Assembly (NCBI RefSeq): GCF_003334355.1
Contig: NZ_QOWP01000034.1
DNA: 37,733 bases
Direction: 5' to 3' (one strand)
Origin: Escherichia coli
Lineage (GTDB): Bacteria > Pseudomonadota > Gammaproteobacteria > Enterobacterales > Enterobacteriaceae
A program made the translations under genes and the position numbers. The first letter of the stretch is position 1; each line of letters opens with the position of its first letter. The notes under the pieces are model-generated. The model did no database searches. It saw only the letters and a program-made list of their open reading frames with translations, and had not been told where the DNA came from. Shown in pieces: positions 9,818-20,120 of this stretch.

Positions 9818-10840
9818 GTGACCTTCTGGAGTATTTTACGCCAACGCTGCTGGGGGCTGGTGCTCGTGGTGGCGGGCGTCTGCGTGATTACGTTTATTAT
9901 CTCGCATCTGATCCCTGGTGATCCGGCGCGGTTACTGGCGGGTGACCGCGCCAGCGATGCTATCGTGGAAAATATTCGCCAGCAACTGGGACTGGACCAG
10001 CCACTGTATGTACAGTTTTACCGCTACGTCAGCGACCTGTTTCATGGTGACCTGGGAACATCCATTCGTACCGGGCGTCCGGTGCTGGAAGAGTTGCGTA
10101 TATTTTTCCCGGCGACGCTGGAGCTGGCTTTTGGTGCCCTGCTGCTGGCACTCCTGATTGGCATCCCGCTGGGCATACTCTCTGCAGTCTGGCGAAATCG
10201 CTGGCTGGATCATCTGGTGCGAATAATGGCCATTACCGGAATCTCCACACCTGCGTTCTGGCTTGGGCTGGGCGTCATTGTGCTGTTTTATGGTCATCTG
10301 CAAATTCTTCCCGGCGGCGGAAGGCTTGATGACTGGCTGGATCCACCAACGCACGTTACCGGCTTTTATCTGCTCGATGCGCTGCTTGAAGGCAACGGTG
10401 AAGTCTTCTTCAATGCGTTGCAACATCTCATCTTACCGGCATTAACGCTGGCGTTCGTTCACCTGGGAATTGTCGCTCGCCAGATCCGCTCAGCGATGCT
10501 GGAACAATTGAGTGAAGACTACATTCGTACCGCCCGGGCCAGCGGCTTGCCCGGCTGGTATATCGTTTTATGTTATGCGCTACCCAATGCGTTGATCCCA
10601 TCGATTACCGTATTGGGTTTGGCGCTGAGCGATTTGTTGTATGGCGCAGTGCTCACCGAAACCGTTTTTGCCTGGCCCGGAATGGGTGCATGGGTAGTAA
10701 CATCAATACAGGCGCTCGACTTCCCGGCAGTGATGGGCTTTGCCGTCGTGGTTTCATTTGCTTATGTGCTGGTCAACCTGGTGGTGGATTTGCTCTATTT
10801 GTGGATTGATCCGCGTATCGGACGTGGAGGTGGTGAATGA
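9818..10840 (+). CDS. ddpB: ABC transporter permease (DppB/OppB-like)
   Basis: 340-aa hydrophobic ORF with GTG start 1 nt after the ddpA stop. Permease signature region present. Confidence 0.9.
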   Translation: MTFWSILRQRCWGLVLVVAGVCVITFIISHLIPGDPARLLAGDRASDAIVENIRQQLGLDQPLYVQFYRYVSDLFHGDLGTSIRTGRPVLEELRIFFPATLELAFGALLLALLIGIPLGILSAVWRNRWLDHLVRIMAITGISTPAFWLGLGVIVLFYGHLQILPGGGRLDDWLDPPTHVTGFYLLDALLEGNGEVFFNALQHLILPALTLAFVHLGIVARQIRSAMLEQLSEDYIRTARASGLPGWYIVLCYALPNALIPSITVLGLALSDLLYGAVLTETVFAWPGMGAWVVTSIQALDFPAVMGFAVVVSFAYVLVNLVVDLLYLWIDPRIGRGGGE

Positions 10841-11733
10841 TGCTAAGCGAGGAAACGTCCGCCGTACGCCCACAAAAACAAACGCGATTTAACGGTGCAA
10901 AACTGGTATGGATGCTGAAAGGCAGTCCGCTCACCGTGACCAGCGCAGTCATCATTGTATTAATGCTATTGATGATGATTTTTTCACCGTGGCTGGCGAC
11001 GCATGATCCCAACGCCATTGATTTAACCGCCCGCCTTTTGCCGCCTTCTGCGGCGCACTGGTTTGGCACCGATGAAGTGGGACGCGATCTGTTTAGCCGC
11101 GTACTGGTCGGCAGTCAGCAATCAATTCTCGCCGGATTAGTCGTGGTTGCCATTGCGGGTATGATTGGTTCGCTACTCGGATGTCTATCCGGTGTGCTTG
11201 GCGGACGCGCAGACGCCATCATCATGCGCATCATGGACATTATGCTGTCGATTCCTTCGTTGGTACTGACAATGGCACTGGCTGCCGCTCTCGGGCCGAG
11301 TTTGTTTAACGCCATGCTGGCTATTGCTATTGTGCGAATTCCCTTTTATGTGCGCCTGGCGCGGGGGCAAGCATTAGTTGTACGCCAGTATACCTATGTT
11401 CAGGCGGCGAAAACCTTTGGCGCGTCTCGTTGGCATCTGATCAACTGGCATATTTTACGTAACTCCCTACCGCCGCTGATCGTGCAGGCATCGCTGGATA
11501 TCGGTAGCGCGATTTTAATGGCCGCCACGTTGGGATTTATTGGCCTGGGTGCTCAACAACCGAGTGCTGAATGGGGCGCGATGGTAGCAAATGGTCGCAA
11601 CTATGTACTCGATCAGTGGTGGTATTGCGCATTTCCGGGGGCAGCGATTTTGCTTACCGCCGTCGGGTTTAATCTCTTTGGTGATGGTATTCGCGATCTG
11701 CTTGACCCGAAAGCAGGAGGAAAGCAGTCATGA
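10837..11733 (+). CDS. ddpC: ABC transporter permease (DppC/OppC-like)
   Basis: 298-aa hydrophobic ORF. Its ATG overlaps the ddpB stop (ATGA). Confidence 0.9.
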   Translation: MMLSEETSAVRPQKQTRFNGAKLVWMLKGSPLTVTSAVIIVLMLLMMIFSPWLATHDPNAIDLTARLLPPSAAHWFGTDEVGRDLFSRVLVGSQQSILAGLVVVAIAGMIGSLLGCLSGVLGGRADAIIMRIMDIMLSIPSLVLTMALAAALGPSLFNAMLAIAIVRIPFYVRLARGQALVVRQYTYVQAAKTFGASRWHLINWHILRNSLPPLIVQASLDIGSAILMAATLGFIGLGAQQPSAEWGAMVANGRNYVLDQWWYCAFPGAAILLTAVGFNLFGDGIRDLLDPKAGGKQS

Positions 11734-12716
11734 CCCAACCCGTTCTGGACATTCAACAACTGCATTTGAGTTTCCCCGGTTTTAACGGTGATGTTCACGC
11801 GCTCAACAATGTGTCCTTGCAGATTAACCGCGGTGAAATTGTCGGTCTGGTGGGAGAATCCGGCTCAGGTAAATCAGTCACCGCAATGCTGATTATGCGT
11901 CTGCTACCGACGGGCAGTTATTGCGTACATCGGGGGCAGATTTCCCTGCTGGGAGAAGATGTTCTTAACGCGCGGGAAAAACAGCTTCGTCAGTGGCGCG
12001 GCGCACGAGTGGCGATGATCTTTCAGGAACCGATGACCGCCCTCAATCCGACACGTCGAATAGGTCTTCAGATGATGGACGTGATCCGCCATCATCAACC
12101 AATAAGTCGTCGGGAAGCCAGAGCTAAAGCGATTGACCTGCTGGAAGAGATGCAAATCCCGGATGCCGTGGAAGTTATGTCGCGCTATCCGTTTGAGCTT
12201 TCAGGTGGTATGCGCCAGCGGGTAATGATTGCGCTGGCATTCTCCTGCGAGCCGCAATTGATTATTGCCGACGAACCGACTACGGCGCTGGACGTCACGG
12301 TGCAGTTGCAGGTACTGCGTTTGCTTAAACATAAAGCCCGCGCCAGTGGAACTGCGGTTCTGTTCATCAGCCATGATATGGCCGTGGTGTCGCAACTGTG
12401 CGATAGCGTTTACGTGATGTATGCCGGAAGCGTAATTGAAAGCGGCGTGACGGCAGACGTTATCCATCATCCCCGGCATCCGTATACCATTGGTTTGCTG
12501 CAATGCGCACCAGAACATGGAGTACCACGCCAGCTATTACCCGCCATTCCAGGGACGGTACCAAACCTCACCCATTTGCCTGACGGCTGCGCTTTTCGCG
12601 ATCGTTGCTATGCGGCAGGTGCACAGTGTGAAAACGTCCCGGCGCTGACAGCGTGTGGTGACAACAACCAGCGCTGTGCCTGTTGGTATCCGCAGCAGGA
12701 GGTTATAAGTGTCTGA
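11730..12716 (+). CDS. ddpD: ABC transporter ATP-binding protein
   Basis: 328 aa with Walker A GESGSGKS and ABC signature LSGGMRQR. ATGA overlap with ddpC. Confidence 0.92.
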   Translation: MTQPVLDIQQLHLSFPGFNGDVHALNNVSLQINRGEIVGLVGESGSGKSVTAMLIMRLLPTGSYCVHRGQISLLGEDVLNAREKQLRQWRGARVAMIFQEPMTALNPTRRIGLQMMDVIRHHQPISRREARAKAIDLLEEMQIPDAVEVMSRYPFELSGGMRQRVMIALAFSCEPQLIIADEPTTALDVTVQLQVLRLLKHKARASGTAVLFISHDMAVVSQLCDSVYVMYAGSVIESGVTADVIHHPRHPYTIGLLQCAPEHGVPRQLLPAIPGTVPNLTHLPDGCAFRDRCYAAGAQCENVPALTACGDNNQRCACWYPQQEVISV

Positions 12717-13635
12717 CACGTTATTAACGTTACGCGACGTCCATATCAATTTCCCGGCCCGTAAAAACTGGCTTGGTAAAACTACGGAACATGTTCATGC
12801 CATTAATGGTATTGATTTACAGATCCGCCGTGGTGAAACCTTAGGGATCGTCGGCGAGTCAGGCTGCGGCAAAAGCACCCTCGCACAGCTTTTAATGGGT
12901 ATGCTGCAACCGAGCCACGGGCAGTACATCCGTTCTGGCTCACAACGCATTATGCAGATGGTGTTTCAGGACCCGCTCTCTTCGCTTAATCCGCGCTTAC
13001 CGGTGTGGCGCATCATCACAGAACCGCTCTGGATAGCTAAGCGTAGTAGTGAACAACAGCGGCGAGCGTTGGCAGAGGAGTTGGCTGTGCAGGTGGGTAT
13101 TCGTCCGGAGTATCTCGACCGCCTGCCTCATGCGTTCTCCGGCGGGCAGCGGCAACGTATCGCCATTGCCAGAGCACTCTCTTCGCAGCCTGACGTGATT
13201 GTGCTTGATGAGCCAACCTCTGCGCTGGATATCTCCGTTCAGGCGCAGATCCTCAATTTACTGGTAACGCTACAGGAAAATCACGGGCTGACCTATGTGC
13301 TGATTTCACACAATGTCTCGGTGATACGTCATATGAGCGATCGGGTGGCGGTGATGTATCTCGGGCAGATTGTAGAACTGGGCGACGCGCAGCAGGTGCT
13401 GACGGCACCTGCACATCCATACACCCGATTATTGCTGGATTCCCTCCCCGCCATTGATAAACCGCTGGAGGAAGAATGGGCATTACGTAAAACGGATCTG
13501 CCGGGAAACCGCACGTTGCCGCAAGGCTGTTTTTTCTACGAACGTTGCCCGCTGGCAACCCACGGATGTGAAGTCCGGCAATCATTAGCAATAAGGGAGG
13601 ACGGACGTGAGCTCCGGTGCTGGCGGGCGCTGTAG
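12709..13635 (+). CDS. ddpF: ABC transporter ATP-binding protein
   Basis: 308 aa with Walker A GESGCGKS and signature FSGGQRQR. GTG start preceded by AGGAGG. 8-nt overlap with ddpD. Confidence 0.92.
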   Translation: MSDTLLTLRDVHINFPARKNWLGKTTEHVHAINGIDLQIRRGETLGIVGESGCGKSTLAQLLMGMLQPSHGQYIRSGSQRIMQMVFQDPLSSLNPRLPVWRIITEPLWIAKRSSEQQRRALAEELAVQVGIRPEYLDRLPHAFSGGQRQRIAIARALSSQPDVIVLDEPTSALDISVQAQILNLLVTLQENHGLTYVLISHNVSVIRHMSDRVAVMYLGQIVELGDAQQVLTAPAHPYTRLLLDSLPAIDKPLEEEWALRKTDLPGNRTLPQGCFFYERCPLATHGCEVRQSLAIREDGRELRCWRAL

Positions 13636-13690
13636 AGATGCTAACAACGCATCAGGCATTCACGCGCCTGACGCGTCATCCGGCAATGCT

Positions 13691-14122
13691 TTACGATTTC
13701 AACTGGTAATCCAGCGTAATTTCCGCTTTCAGTACCTGAGAGACCGGGCATCCTGCTTTTGCTTTCTGGATTATGCCGTCAAAGGTAGAGGCATCAATAC
13801 CCGGCACCGCAACTTCACTCTTCAGTGCGATTTTCGTAATCGCAAAACCGGCATCCACTTTATCCAGCGACACATCGGCGGTGGTATCAATCGATGTTGG
13901 CGTGAATCCCGCTTCCCCCAGCATTAATGAAAGCGCCATTGAGAAACATGCGGCATGCGCTGCGCCAATCAGTTCTTCAGGGTTGGTTCCTTTTTCGCCT
14001 TCAAAACGCGTGTTAAATCCATACGGCTGTTGGTTCAGCACGCCACTCTCGGTGGATACTGTTCCCTTCCCGCGTTTGATATCGCCTTCCCAGTGTGCCT
14101 GACCTTTCTTATGGATTGTCAT
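13691..14122 (-). CDS. osmC: Osmotically inducible peroxiredoxin (OsmC/Ohr family)
   Basis: 143-aa ORF on the minus strand (MTIHKKGQAHWEGDIKRGKG...) with the two conserved Cys of the OsmC family. Convergent with ddpF. Confidence 0.93.
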   Translation of the reverse strand: MTIHKKGQAHWEGDIKRGKGTVSTESGVLNQQPYGFNTRFEGEKGTNPEELIGAAHAACFSMALSLMLGEAGFTPTSIDTTADVSLDKVDAGFAITKIALKSEVAVPGIDASTFDGIIQKAKAGCPVSQVLKAEITLDYQLKS

Positions 14123-14466
14123 TGTTGCTCTCCTGTGGGCTTAAAAAGGAAATTATAGACTACGTGAGAAACAGCACGAGGATAAGCAGGATATTCCGAA
14201 TAAAATCCGGCGAAAATATTACTTCTGCACTTAAATTAAATTCCCACAATAGATTACCGGGAATATATAACCCAAAAGATATTGTATCAATATTAATCGG
14301 ATCATACCAATCACAATCCCTATGAATATCATGGTGTTAAAATATAAAAATCATCAACCAGGACTAATCTTAACAACGAAGCGGCAAATATTTGCCATGC
14401 TGAATGTGCTTTATAAATCTGCGATCCGTAGCAGACACCATAAATACACAGACACGGAGAATCACT

Positions 14467-14682
14467 ATGTTTACTTATTATCAGGCAGAAAATTCAACAG
14501 CAGAACCCGCTCTGGTTAATGCCATTGAGCAAGGCCTTCGGGCACAGCATGGTGTTGTCACTGAAGATGACATTCTCATGGAGCTGACCAAATGGGTTGA
14601 AGCTTCTGATAACGACATCCTCAGTGATATCTACCAGCAAACGATCAATTATGTGGTCAGTGGCCAGCACCCTACGCTTTAA
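14467..14682 (+). CDS. bdm: Biofilm-dependent modulation protein
   Basis: 71 aa from ATG 14467 (MFTYYQAENSTAEPALVNAIEQG...). Divergent from osmC. The ORF-track start at 14404 is an upstream extension. Confidence 0.85.
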   Translation: MFTYYQAENSTAEPALVNAIEQGLRAQHGVVTEDDILMELTKWVEASDNDILSDIYQQTINYVVSGQHPTL

Positions 14683-14783
14683 GGTGCTATGCTTGATCGG
14701 CAACCTAATTTAGGGGTTTAGCACGTGTTTCTTCGCTACGGCGATGTTGTCCTTAAAACTAGCTACAGGATTGAGGAGTTAAA

Positions 14784-14921
14784 ATGAAATCGAACCGTCA
14801 GGCACGTCATATTCTTGGACTGGACCATAAAATTTCTAACCAGCGCAAAATAGTTACCGAAGGTGACAAATCCAGCGTAGTAAATAACCCAACCGGCAGA
14901 AAACGCCCCGCTGAAAAGTAA
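14784..14921 (+). CDS. sra: Stationary-phase-induced ribosome-associated protein (45 aa)
   Basis: ATG 14784 to TAA 14919-14921 encodes [45 protein letters not shown]. It is below the 60-aa cutoff of the ORF track and was recognised as Sra (RpsV). GAGG RBS upstream. Confidence 0.85.
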
Positions 14922-14952
14922 TTCATAACCATCAGTCCTCAATGACGATTAA

Positions 14953-14986
14953 ACACCATTGCCTGCGCAATGGTGTTTTTGTTTTT
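14953..14986 (+). terminator. Rho-independent terminator after sra
   Basis: ACACCATTGC-CTGC-GCAATGGTGT hairpin followed by TTTTTGTTTTT. Confidence 0.85.
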
Positions 14987-15077
14987 ATCTGCTTTATACT
15001 TGAGGCCGACGCCCTGGCGGTAAAGCAAAGACGATAAAAGCCCCCCAGGGATGGATATTCAAAAAAGAGTGAGTGAC

Positions 15078-16775
15078 ATGGAACCAAAAACAAAAAAACA
15101 GCGTTCGCTTTATATCCCTTACGCTGGCCCTGTACTGCTGGAATTTCCGTTGTTGAATAAAGGCAGTGCCTTCAGCATGGAAGAACGCCGTAACTTCAAC
15201 CTGCTGGGGTTACTGCCGGAAGTGGTCGAAACCATCGAAGAACAAGCGGAACGAGCATGGATCCAGTATCAGGGATTCAAAACCGAAATCGACAAACACA
15301 TCTACCTGCGTAACATCCAGGACACCAACGAAACCCTCTTCTACCGTCTGGTAAACAATCATCTTGATGAGATGATGCCTGTTATTTATACCCCAACCGT
15401 CGGCGCAGCCTGTGAGCGTTTTTCTGAGATCTACCGCCGTTCACGCGGCGTGTTTATCTCTTACCAGAACCGGCACAATATGGACGATATTCTGCAAAAC
15501 GTGCCGAACCATAATATTAAAGTGATTGTGGTGACTGACGGTGAACGTATTCTGGGGCTTGGTGACCAGGGCATCGGCGGGATGGGCATTCCGATCGGTA
15601 AACTGTCGCTCTATACCGCCTGTGGCGGCATCAGCCCGGCGTATACCCTTCCGGTGGTGCTGGATGTCGGAACGAACAACCAACAGCTGCTTAACGATCC
15701 GCTGTATATGGGCTGGCGTAATCCGCGTATCACTGACGACGAATACTATGAATTCGTTGATGAATTTATCCAGGCTGTGAAACAACGCTGGCCAGACGTG
15801 CTGTTGCAGTTTGAAGACTTTGCTCAAAAAAATGCGATGCCGTTACTTAACCGCTATCGCAATGAAATTTGTTCTTTTAACGATGACATTCAGGGCACTG
15901 CGGCGGTAACAGTCGGCACACTGATCGCAGCAAGTCGAGCGGCAGGTGGTCAGTTAAGCGAGAAAAAAATCGTCTTCCTTGGTGCAGGTTCAGCGGGATG
16001 CGGCATTGCCGAAATGATCATCGCCCAGACCCAGCGCGAAGGATTAAGCGAGGAAGCGGCGCGGCAGAAAGTCTTTATGGTCGATCGCTTTGGCTTGCTG
16101 ACCGACAAGATGCCGAACCTGCTGCCTTTCCAGACCAAACTGGTGCAGAAACGCGAAAACCTCAGTGACTGGGATACCGACAGCGATGTGCTGTCACTGC
16201 TGGATGTGGTGCGCAATGTAAAACCAGATATTCTGATTGGCGTCTCAGGACAGACCGGGCTGTTTACGGAAGAGATCATCCGTGAGATGCATAAACACTG
16301 TCCGCGTCCGATCGTGATGCCGCTATCTAACCCGACGTCACGCGTGGAAGCCACACCGCAGGACATTATCGCCTGGACCGAAGGTAACGCGCTGGTCGCC
16401 ACTGGCAGCCCGTTTAATCCAGTGGTATGGAAAGATAAAATCTACCCTATCGCCCAGTGTAACAACGCCTTTATTTTCCCGGGCATCGGTCTGGGTGTTA
16501 TTGCTTCCGGCGCGTCACGTATCACCGATGAGATGCTGATGTCAGCAAGTGAAACGCTTGCTCAGTATTCGCCGCTGGTCCTGAACGGCGAAGGTCTGGT
16601 ACTACCGGAACTGAAAGATATTCAGAAAGTCTCCCGCGCAATTGCGTTTGCGGTTGGCAAAATGGCGCAGCAGCAAGGCGTGGCGGTGAAAACCTCTGCC
16701 GAAGCCCTGCAACAGGCCATTGACGATAATTTCTGGCAAGCCGAATACCGCGACTACCGCCGTACCTCCATCTAA
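15078..16775 (+). CDS. maeA: NAD-dependent malic enzyme
   Basis: 565 aa from ATG 15078 ([23 protein letters not shown]...). Rossmann motif [10 protein letters not shown]. The ORF-track start at 15051 is an upstream extension. Confidence 0.93.
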   Translation: MEPKTKKQRSLYIPYAGPVLLEFPLLNKGSAFSMEERRNFNLLGLLPEVVETIEEQAERAWIQYQGFKTEIDKHIYLRNIQDTNETLFYRLVNNHLDEMMPVIYTPTVGAACERFSEIYRRSRGVFISYQNRHNMDDILQNVPNHNIKVIVVTDGERILGLGDQGIGGMGIPIGKLSLYTACGGISPAYTLPVVLDVGTNNQQLLNDPLYMGWRNPRITDDEYYEFVDEFIQAVKQRWPDVLLQFEDFAQKNAMPLLNRYRNEICSFNDDIQGTAAVTVGTLIAASRAAGGQLSEKKIVFLGAGSAGCGIAEMIIAQTQREGLSEEAARQKVFMVDRFGLLTDKMPNLLPFQTKLVQKRENLSDWDTDSDVLSLLDVVRNVKPDILIGVSGQTGLFTEEIIREMHKHCPRPIVMPLSNPTSRVEATPQDIIAWTEGNALVATGSPFNPVVWKDKIYPIAQCNNAFIFPGIGLGVIASGASRITDEMLMSASETLAQYSPLVLNGEGLVLPELKDIQKVSRAIAFAVGKMAQQQGVAVKTSAEALQQAIDDNFWQAEYRDYRRTSI

Positions 16776-16782
16776 GCCTACG

Positions 16783-16825
16783 CCCGGTAGTGAAGGCTAC
16801 CGGGCTATTTCCCTCTCCCTTTTTC
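16783..16825 (+). terminator. Hairpin plus T-rich tail after maeA
   Basis: CCCGGTAG-TGAAGG-CTACCGGG stem-loop followed by a T-rich tract (CTATTTCCCTCTCCCTTTTTC). Confidence 0.6.
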
Positions 16826-16908
16826 AGATCTCATCCATACTGGGTAGTGGCGAATAAATCTCATTTGCCTCACCTGCTATGCAGAACATCATCCGAAAAG
16901 GAGGAACT

Positions 16909-17919
16909 ATGAAGGCTGCAGTTGTTACGAAGGATCATCATGTTGACGTTACGTATAAAACACTGCGCTCACTGAAACATGGCGAAGCCCTGCTGAAAAT
17001 GGAGTGTTGTGGTGTATGTCATACCGATCTTCATGTTAAGAATGGCGATTTTGGTGACAAAACCGGCGTAATTCTGGGCCATGAAGGCATCGGTGTGGTG
17101 GCAGAAGTGGGTCCAGGTGTCACCTCATTAAAACCAGGCGATCGTGCCAGCGTGGCGTGGTTCTACGAAGGATGCGGTCATTGCGAATACTGTAACAGTG
17201 GTAACGAAACGCTCTGCCGTTCAGTTAAAAATGCCGGATACAGCGTTGATGGCGGGATGGCGGAAGAGTGCATCGTGGTCGCCGATTACGCGGTAAAAGT
17301 GCCAGATGGTCTGGACTCGGCGGCGGCCAGCAGCATTACCTGTGCGGGAGTCACCACCTACAAAGCCGTTAAGCTGTCAAAAATTCGTCCAGGGCAGTGG
17401 ATTGCTATCTACGGTCTTGGCGGTCTGGGTAACCTCGCCCTGCAATACGCGAAGAATGTCTTTAACGCCAAAGTGATCGCCATTGATGTCAATGATGAGC
17501 AGTTAAAACTGGCAACCGAAATGGGCGCAGATTTAGCGATTAACTCACACACCGAAGACGCCGCCAAAATTGTGCAGGAGAAAACTGGTGGCGCTCACGC
17601 TGCGGTGGTAACAGCGGTAGCTAAAGCTGCGTTTAACTCGGCAGTTGATGCTGTCCGTGCAGGCGGTCGTGTTGTGGCTGTCGGTCTACCGCCGGAGTCT
17701 ATGAGCCTGGATATCCCACGTCTTGTGCTGGATGGTATTGAAGTGGTCGGTTCGCTGGTCGGCACGCGCCAGGATTTAACTGAAGCCTTCCAGTTTGCCG
17801 CCGAAGGTAAAGTGGTGCCGAAAGTCGCCCTGCGTCCGTTAGCGGACATCAACACCATCTTTACTGAGATGGAAGAAGGCAAAATCCGTGGCCGCATGGT
17901 GATTGATTTCCGTCACTAA
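16909..17919 (+). CDS. adhP: Zn-dependent alcohol dehydrogenase (propanol-preferring)
   Basis: 336 aa from ATG 16909 with AAAGGAGG RBS. Zn-ADH motifs GHEGIGVV and [10 protein letters not shown]-binding GLGGLG. Confidence 0.93.
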   Translation: MKAAVVTKDHHVDVTYKTLRSLKHGEALLKMECCGVCHTDLHVKNGDFGDKTGVILGHEGIGVVAEVGPGVTSLKPGDRASVAWFYEGCGHCEYCNSGNETLCRSVKNAGYSVDGGMAEECIVVADYAVKVPDGLDSAAASSITCAGVTTYKAVKLSKIRPGQWIAIYGLGGLGNLALQYAKNVFNAKVIAIDVNDEQLKLATEMGADLAINSHTEDAAKIVQEKTGGAHAAVVTAVAKAAFNSAVDAVRAGGRVVAVGLPPESMSLDIPRLVLDGIEVVGSLVGTRQDLTEAFQFAAEGKVVPKVALRPLADINTIFTEMEEGKIRGRMVIDFRH

Positions 17920-18064
17920 GAGGCCTTTGCTGCGACTGCCATGTTCGGGTCGCAGCATCGCACACTCTCCAACATGAAATGGCTAAATGGATTATTGTTG
18001 CGTAGGAAGGAACAATAATGATAGTGTTCCCAGTGAAGGAACGCTACTGAGAGTAAAGACACTA

Positions 18065-18349
18065 ATGAAAATGGCCAATCATCCCCGCCCGGGGGACATT
18101 ATTCAGGAATCACTGGACGAACTTAATGTCAGCCTGCGCGAGTTTGCCAGAGCAATGGAAATTGCTCCCTCAACGGCAAGCCGATTGCTGACAGGAAAAG
18201 CAGCTTTGACGCCAGAAATGGCGATTAAACTTTCCGTGGTGATCGGCAGTTCGCCGCAAATGTGGCTGAATCTGCAAAACGCCTGGAGTCTGGCAGAGGC
18301 AGAAAAAACAGTGGATGTGTCGCGATTACGCCGTCTGGTTACGCAATAA
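18065..18349 (+). CDS. yddM: HigA-family antitoxin-like HTH (XRE) DNA-binding protein, apparently solitary
   Basis: 94 aa from ATG 18065 ([57 protein letters not shown]...). HTH architecture typical of HigA/VapI antidotes. No toxin-sized ORF in the 145-bp upstream gap. Confidence 0.8.
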
Positions 18350-18401
18350 AAAAATGGCACTTTATAAAGCGCCATTTAGAACTGATGACAAACGCAACAT
18401 T

Positions 18402-18499
18402 GCCTGATGCGCTACGCTTATCAGGCCTACACGTTCACTGCAATCTATTGGATTTGAAGGGTTTTTATGCCGGATAAGGCGTTCACGCCGCATCCGGCA
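18402..18499. repeat. BIME: two REP (repetitive extragenic palindromic) units, 18402-18430 and 18467-18499
   Basis: GCCTGATGCGCTACGCTTATCAGGCCTAC and ATGCCGGATAAGGCGTTCACGCCGCATCCGGCA. Near-identical copies recur at 35612-35640 and 35655-35687 in this window. Confidence 0.85.
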
Positions 18500-18529
18500 T
18501 GAACAAAGCCTACGTTGTCTACAATATGA

Positions 18530-18557
18530 AAATGGCGCCTTTTACAGCGCCATTTTC
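18530..18557 (-). terminator. 10-bp stem hairpin (AAAATGGCGC/GCGCCATTTT) downstream of fdnI, possibly bidirectional
   Basis: Perfect inverted repeat with AT-rich flanks, 21 nt past the fdnI stop on the minus strand. A related hairpin AAATGGC...GCCATTT lies at 18352-18378 after yddM. Confidence 0.65.
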
Positions 18558-18577
18558 AGCTTAAAGTTCAAAAGAGA

Positions 18578-19231
18578 TTATATCCCTTCTTCACTCTCTT
18601 TTTTCGCTTCTGCCTTCTCGATTTCACGATACCAGCGCGGATGGTGTTTCTTCGCCCAGCGACGACTTACCTTCCCTTCGATCATCCCTTTAATCGATCC
18701 TTTCACCCAAAATGCCATATACATATGGATCAGGATGGCGTGGATCAGGATGATGCCGGCAGCCGCGTGGATCAGCAGGCTGTAGCGAACAACCTGCATC
18801 GGGAAGTACTGCGCAAAGTACGGACGCCAGATAATCACCCCGGTCACCAGCAGCACGAAAATCATGCTCATGATCGACCAGAACATCATCTTTTGCCCGG
18901 CGTTGTACTTACCAACATCCGCCACTTTGTGCTCATTGCCTTTTAATACTTCGACAATGTTCAACAGCCACGGAATATCTTTCTTATCCGGGATGTTGTG
19001 ATGCACAAAACGCACAAACATAAACATCAGTGCGACGAAAATCGCAATGCCGAAGAACGGGTGCAAAATGCGTCCCATCTGCGGCGTACCGAAGGTTTGC
19101 GTCAGCCATTGCAGCGTCGGGAAGAAGAACGAAATCCCGGACAGCGCCACCAGGAAGAAGCAAATCACCACGGTCCAGTGACAGGCGCGATCAATAAATT
19201 TGGTGCGCACAATCATTTTCGACTTACTCAT
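18578..19231 (-). CDS. fdnI: Formate dehydrogenase-N gamma subunit (cytochrome b556)
   Basis: 217 aa from ATG at 19229-19231 ([20 protein letters not shown]...). Four transmembrane helices with conserved His. Start overlaps the fdnH 3' end by 8 nt. Confidence 0.92.
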
Positions 19232-20108
19232 GATGATCCTCCTCGTCATCGTCCACTTCCTTATTCGGGCCAATACCGATGTAGTGGAAAATCAACCCGG
19301 CAAAAGTGGCAATAAAGCCAGCCGCTGCCAGCGGTTTCAACGCGCCTTTCCACAGGCTTACCGAGGTGTCGATCTTCGGATCTTTCGGCAGACCGTGATA
19401 CAGCTCCGGCTGATCGGCGTGATGCAGCACGTACATAACGTGCGTACCACCGACCCCTTCCGGGTTGTAGACGCCAGCATGTTCGTAACCACGCGCTTTC
19501 AGTTTCGCCACGCGCTGTTCCGCCAGCTCCAGCATCTCCTTCTTGGTGCCGAAGTGGATAGCCCCGGTCGGACAGGTTTTCACACAAGCCGGTTCCTGGC
19601 CGACGCTGACGCGATCGACGCAGAGCGTGCATTTATATACCCGGTTATCCTCTTTGTTGAGGCGCGGAATATTAAACGGACACCCGGCAATGCAGTAACC
19701 ACAGCCGATGCAGTTTTCCGACTGGAAATCGACAATCCCGTTAGCGTACTGAATGATTGCACCAGCAGACGGGCACGCCTTCAGGCAGCCGGGATCTTCA
19801 CAGTGCATACAGCCGTCTTTACGGATCAGCCACTCCAGCTTGCCGTTCTGTTCGGTTTCGCTAAAGCGCATCACCGTCCAGGACTTGGCGCTCAGATCGG
19901 CGGGGTTATCGTAAACCCCGACGCAGTGCCCCACTTCATCACGGATGTCGTTCCACTCCGAACACGCCACCTGACAGGCTTTACAGCCGATACAGGTGGA
20001 AACGTCGATAAGTTTTGCGACTTCTGCTTTGTAATCACGCACCTGAGAAGGCGGCGTGATGGAGTTAGTTGCGGACCTTTTGATAATGTCCTGCGTTTCC
20101 ATAGCCAT
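19224..20108 (-). CDS. fdnH: Formate dehydrogenase-N beta subunit (4x[4Fe-4S] ferredoxin-type)
   Basis: 294 aa with multiple CxxCxxCxxxCP ferredoxin motifs ([37 protein letters not shown]) and a C-terminal transmembrane anchor. Confidence 0.93.
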   Translation of the reverse strand: MAMETQDIIKRSATNSITPPSQVRDYKAEVAKLIDVSTCIGCKACQVACSEWNDIRDEVGHCVGVYDNPADLSAKSWTVMRFSETEQNGKLEWLIRKDGCMHCEDPGCLKACPSAGAIIQYANGIVDFQSENCIGCGYCIAGCPFNIPRLNKEDNRVYKCTLCVDRVSVGQEPACVKTCPTGAIHFGTKKEMLELAEQRVAKLKARGYEHAGVYNPEGVGGTHVMYVLHHADQPELYHGLPKDPKIDTSVSLWKGALKPLAAAGFIATFAGLIFHYIGIGPNKEVDDDEEDHHE

Positions 20109-20120
20109 CTGTTCGCCCCC

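Noticed and set aside
13636-13690. Short hairpin (ACGCG-CCTGA-CGCGT) between convergent ddpF and osmC as a bidirectional terminator
   Set aside because: 5-bp stem and no clear T-tracts on either side. It is plausible but too weak to annotate as a feature.
14095-14519. ORFs of 76 and 65 aa in the osmC-bdm intergenic region
   Set aside because: AT-rich divergent promoter region. The ORFs have no RBS and an odd composition, and the second runs into the real bdm start. Not called as genes.
17930-17955. CTGCGAC...GTCGCAG hairpin after adhP as a terminator
   Set aside because: 12-nt loop and no T-tract, so low confidence as an intrinsic terminator.
17974-18018. 14-codon ORF ([14 protein letters not shown]) upstream of yddM as a possible toxin remnant
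   Set aside because: Too short and without recognisable similarity to RelE/HigB toxins. Mentioned only as context for the orphan-antitoxin finding.
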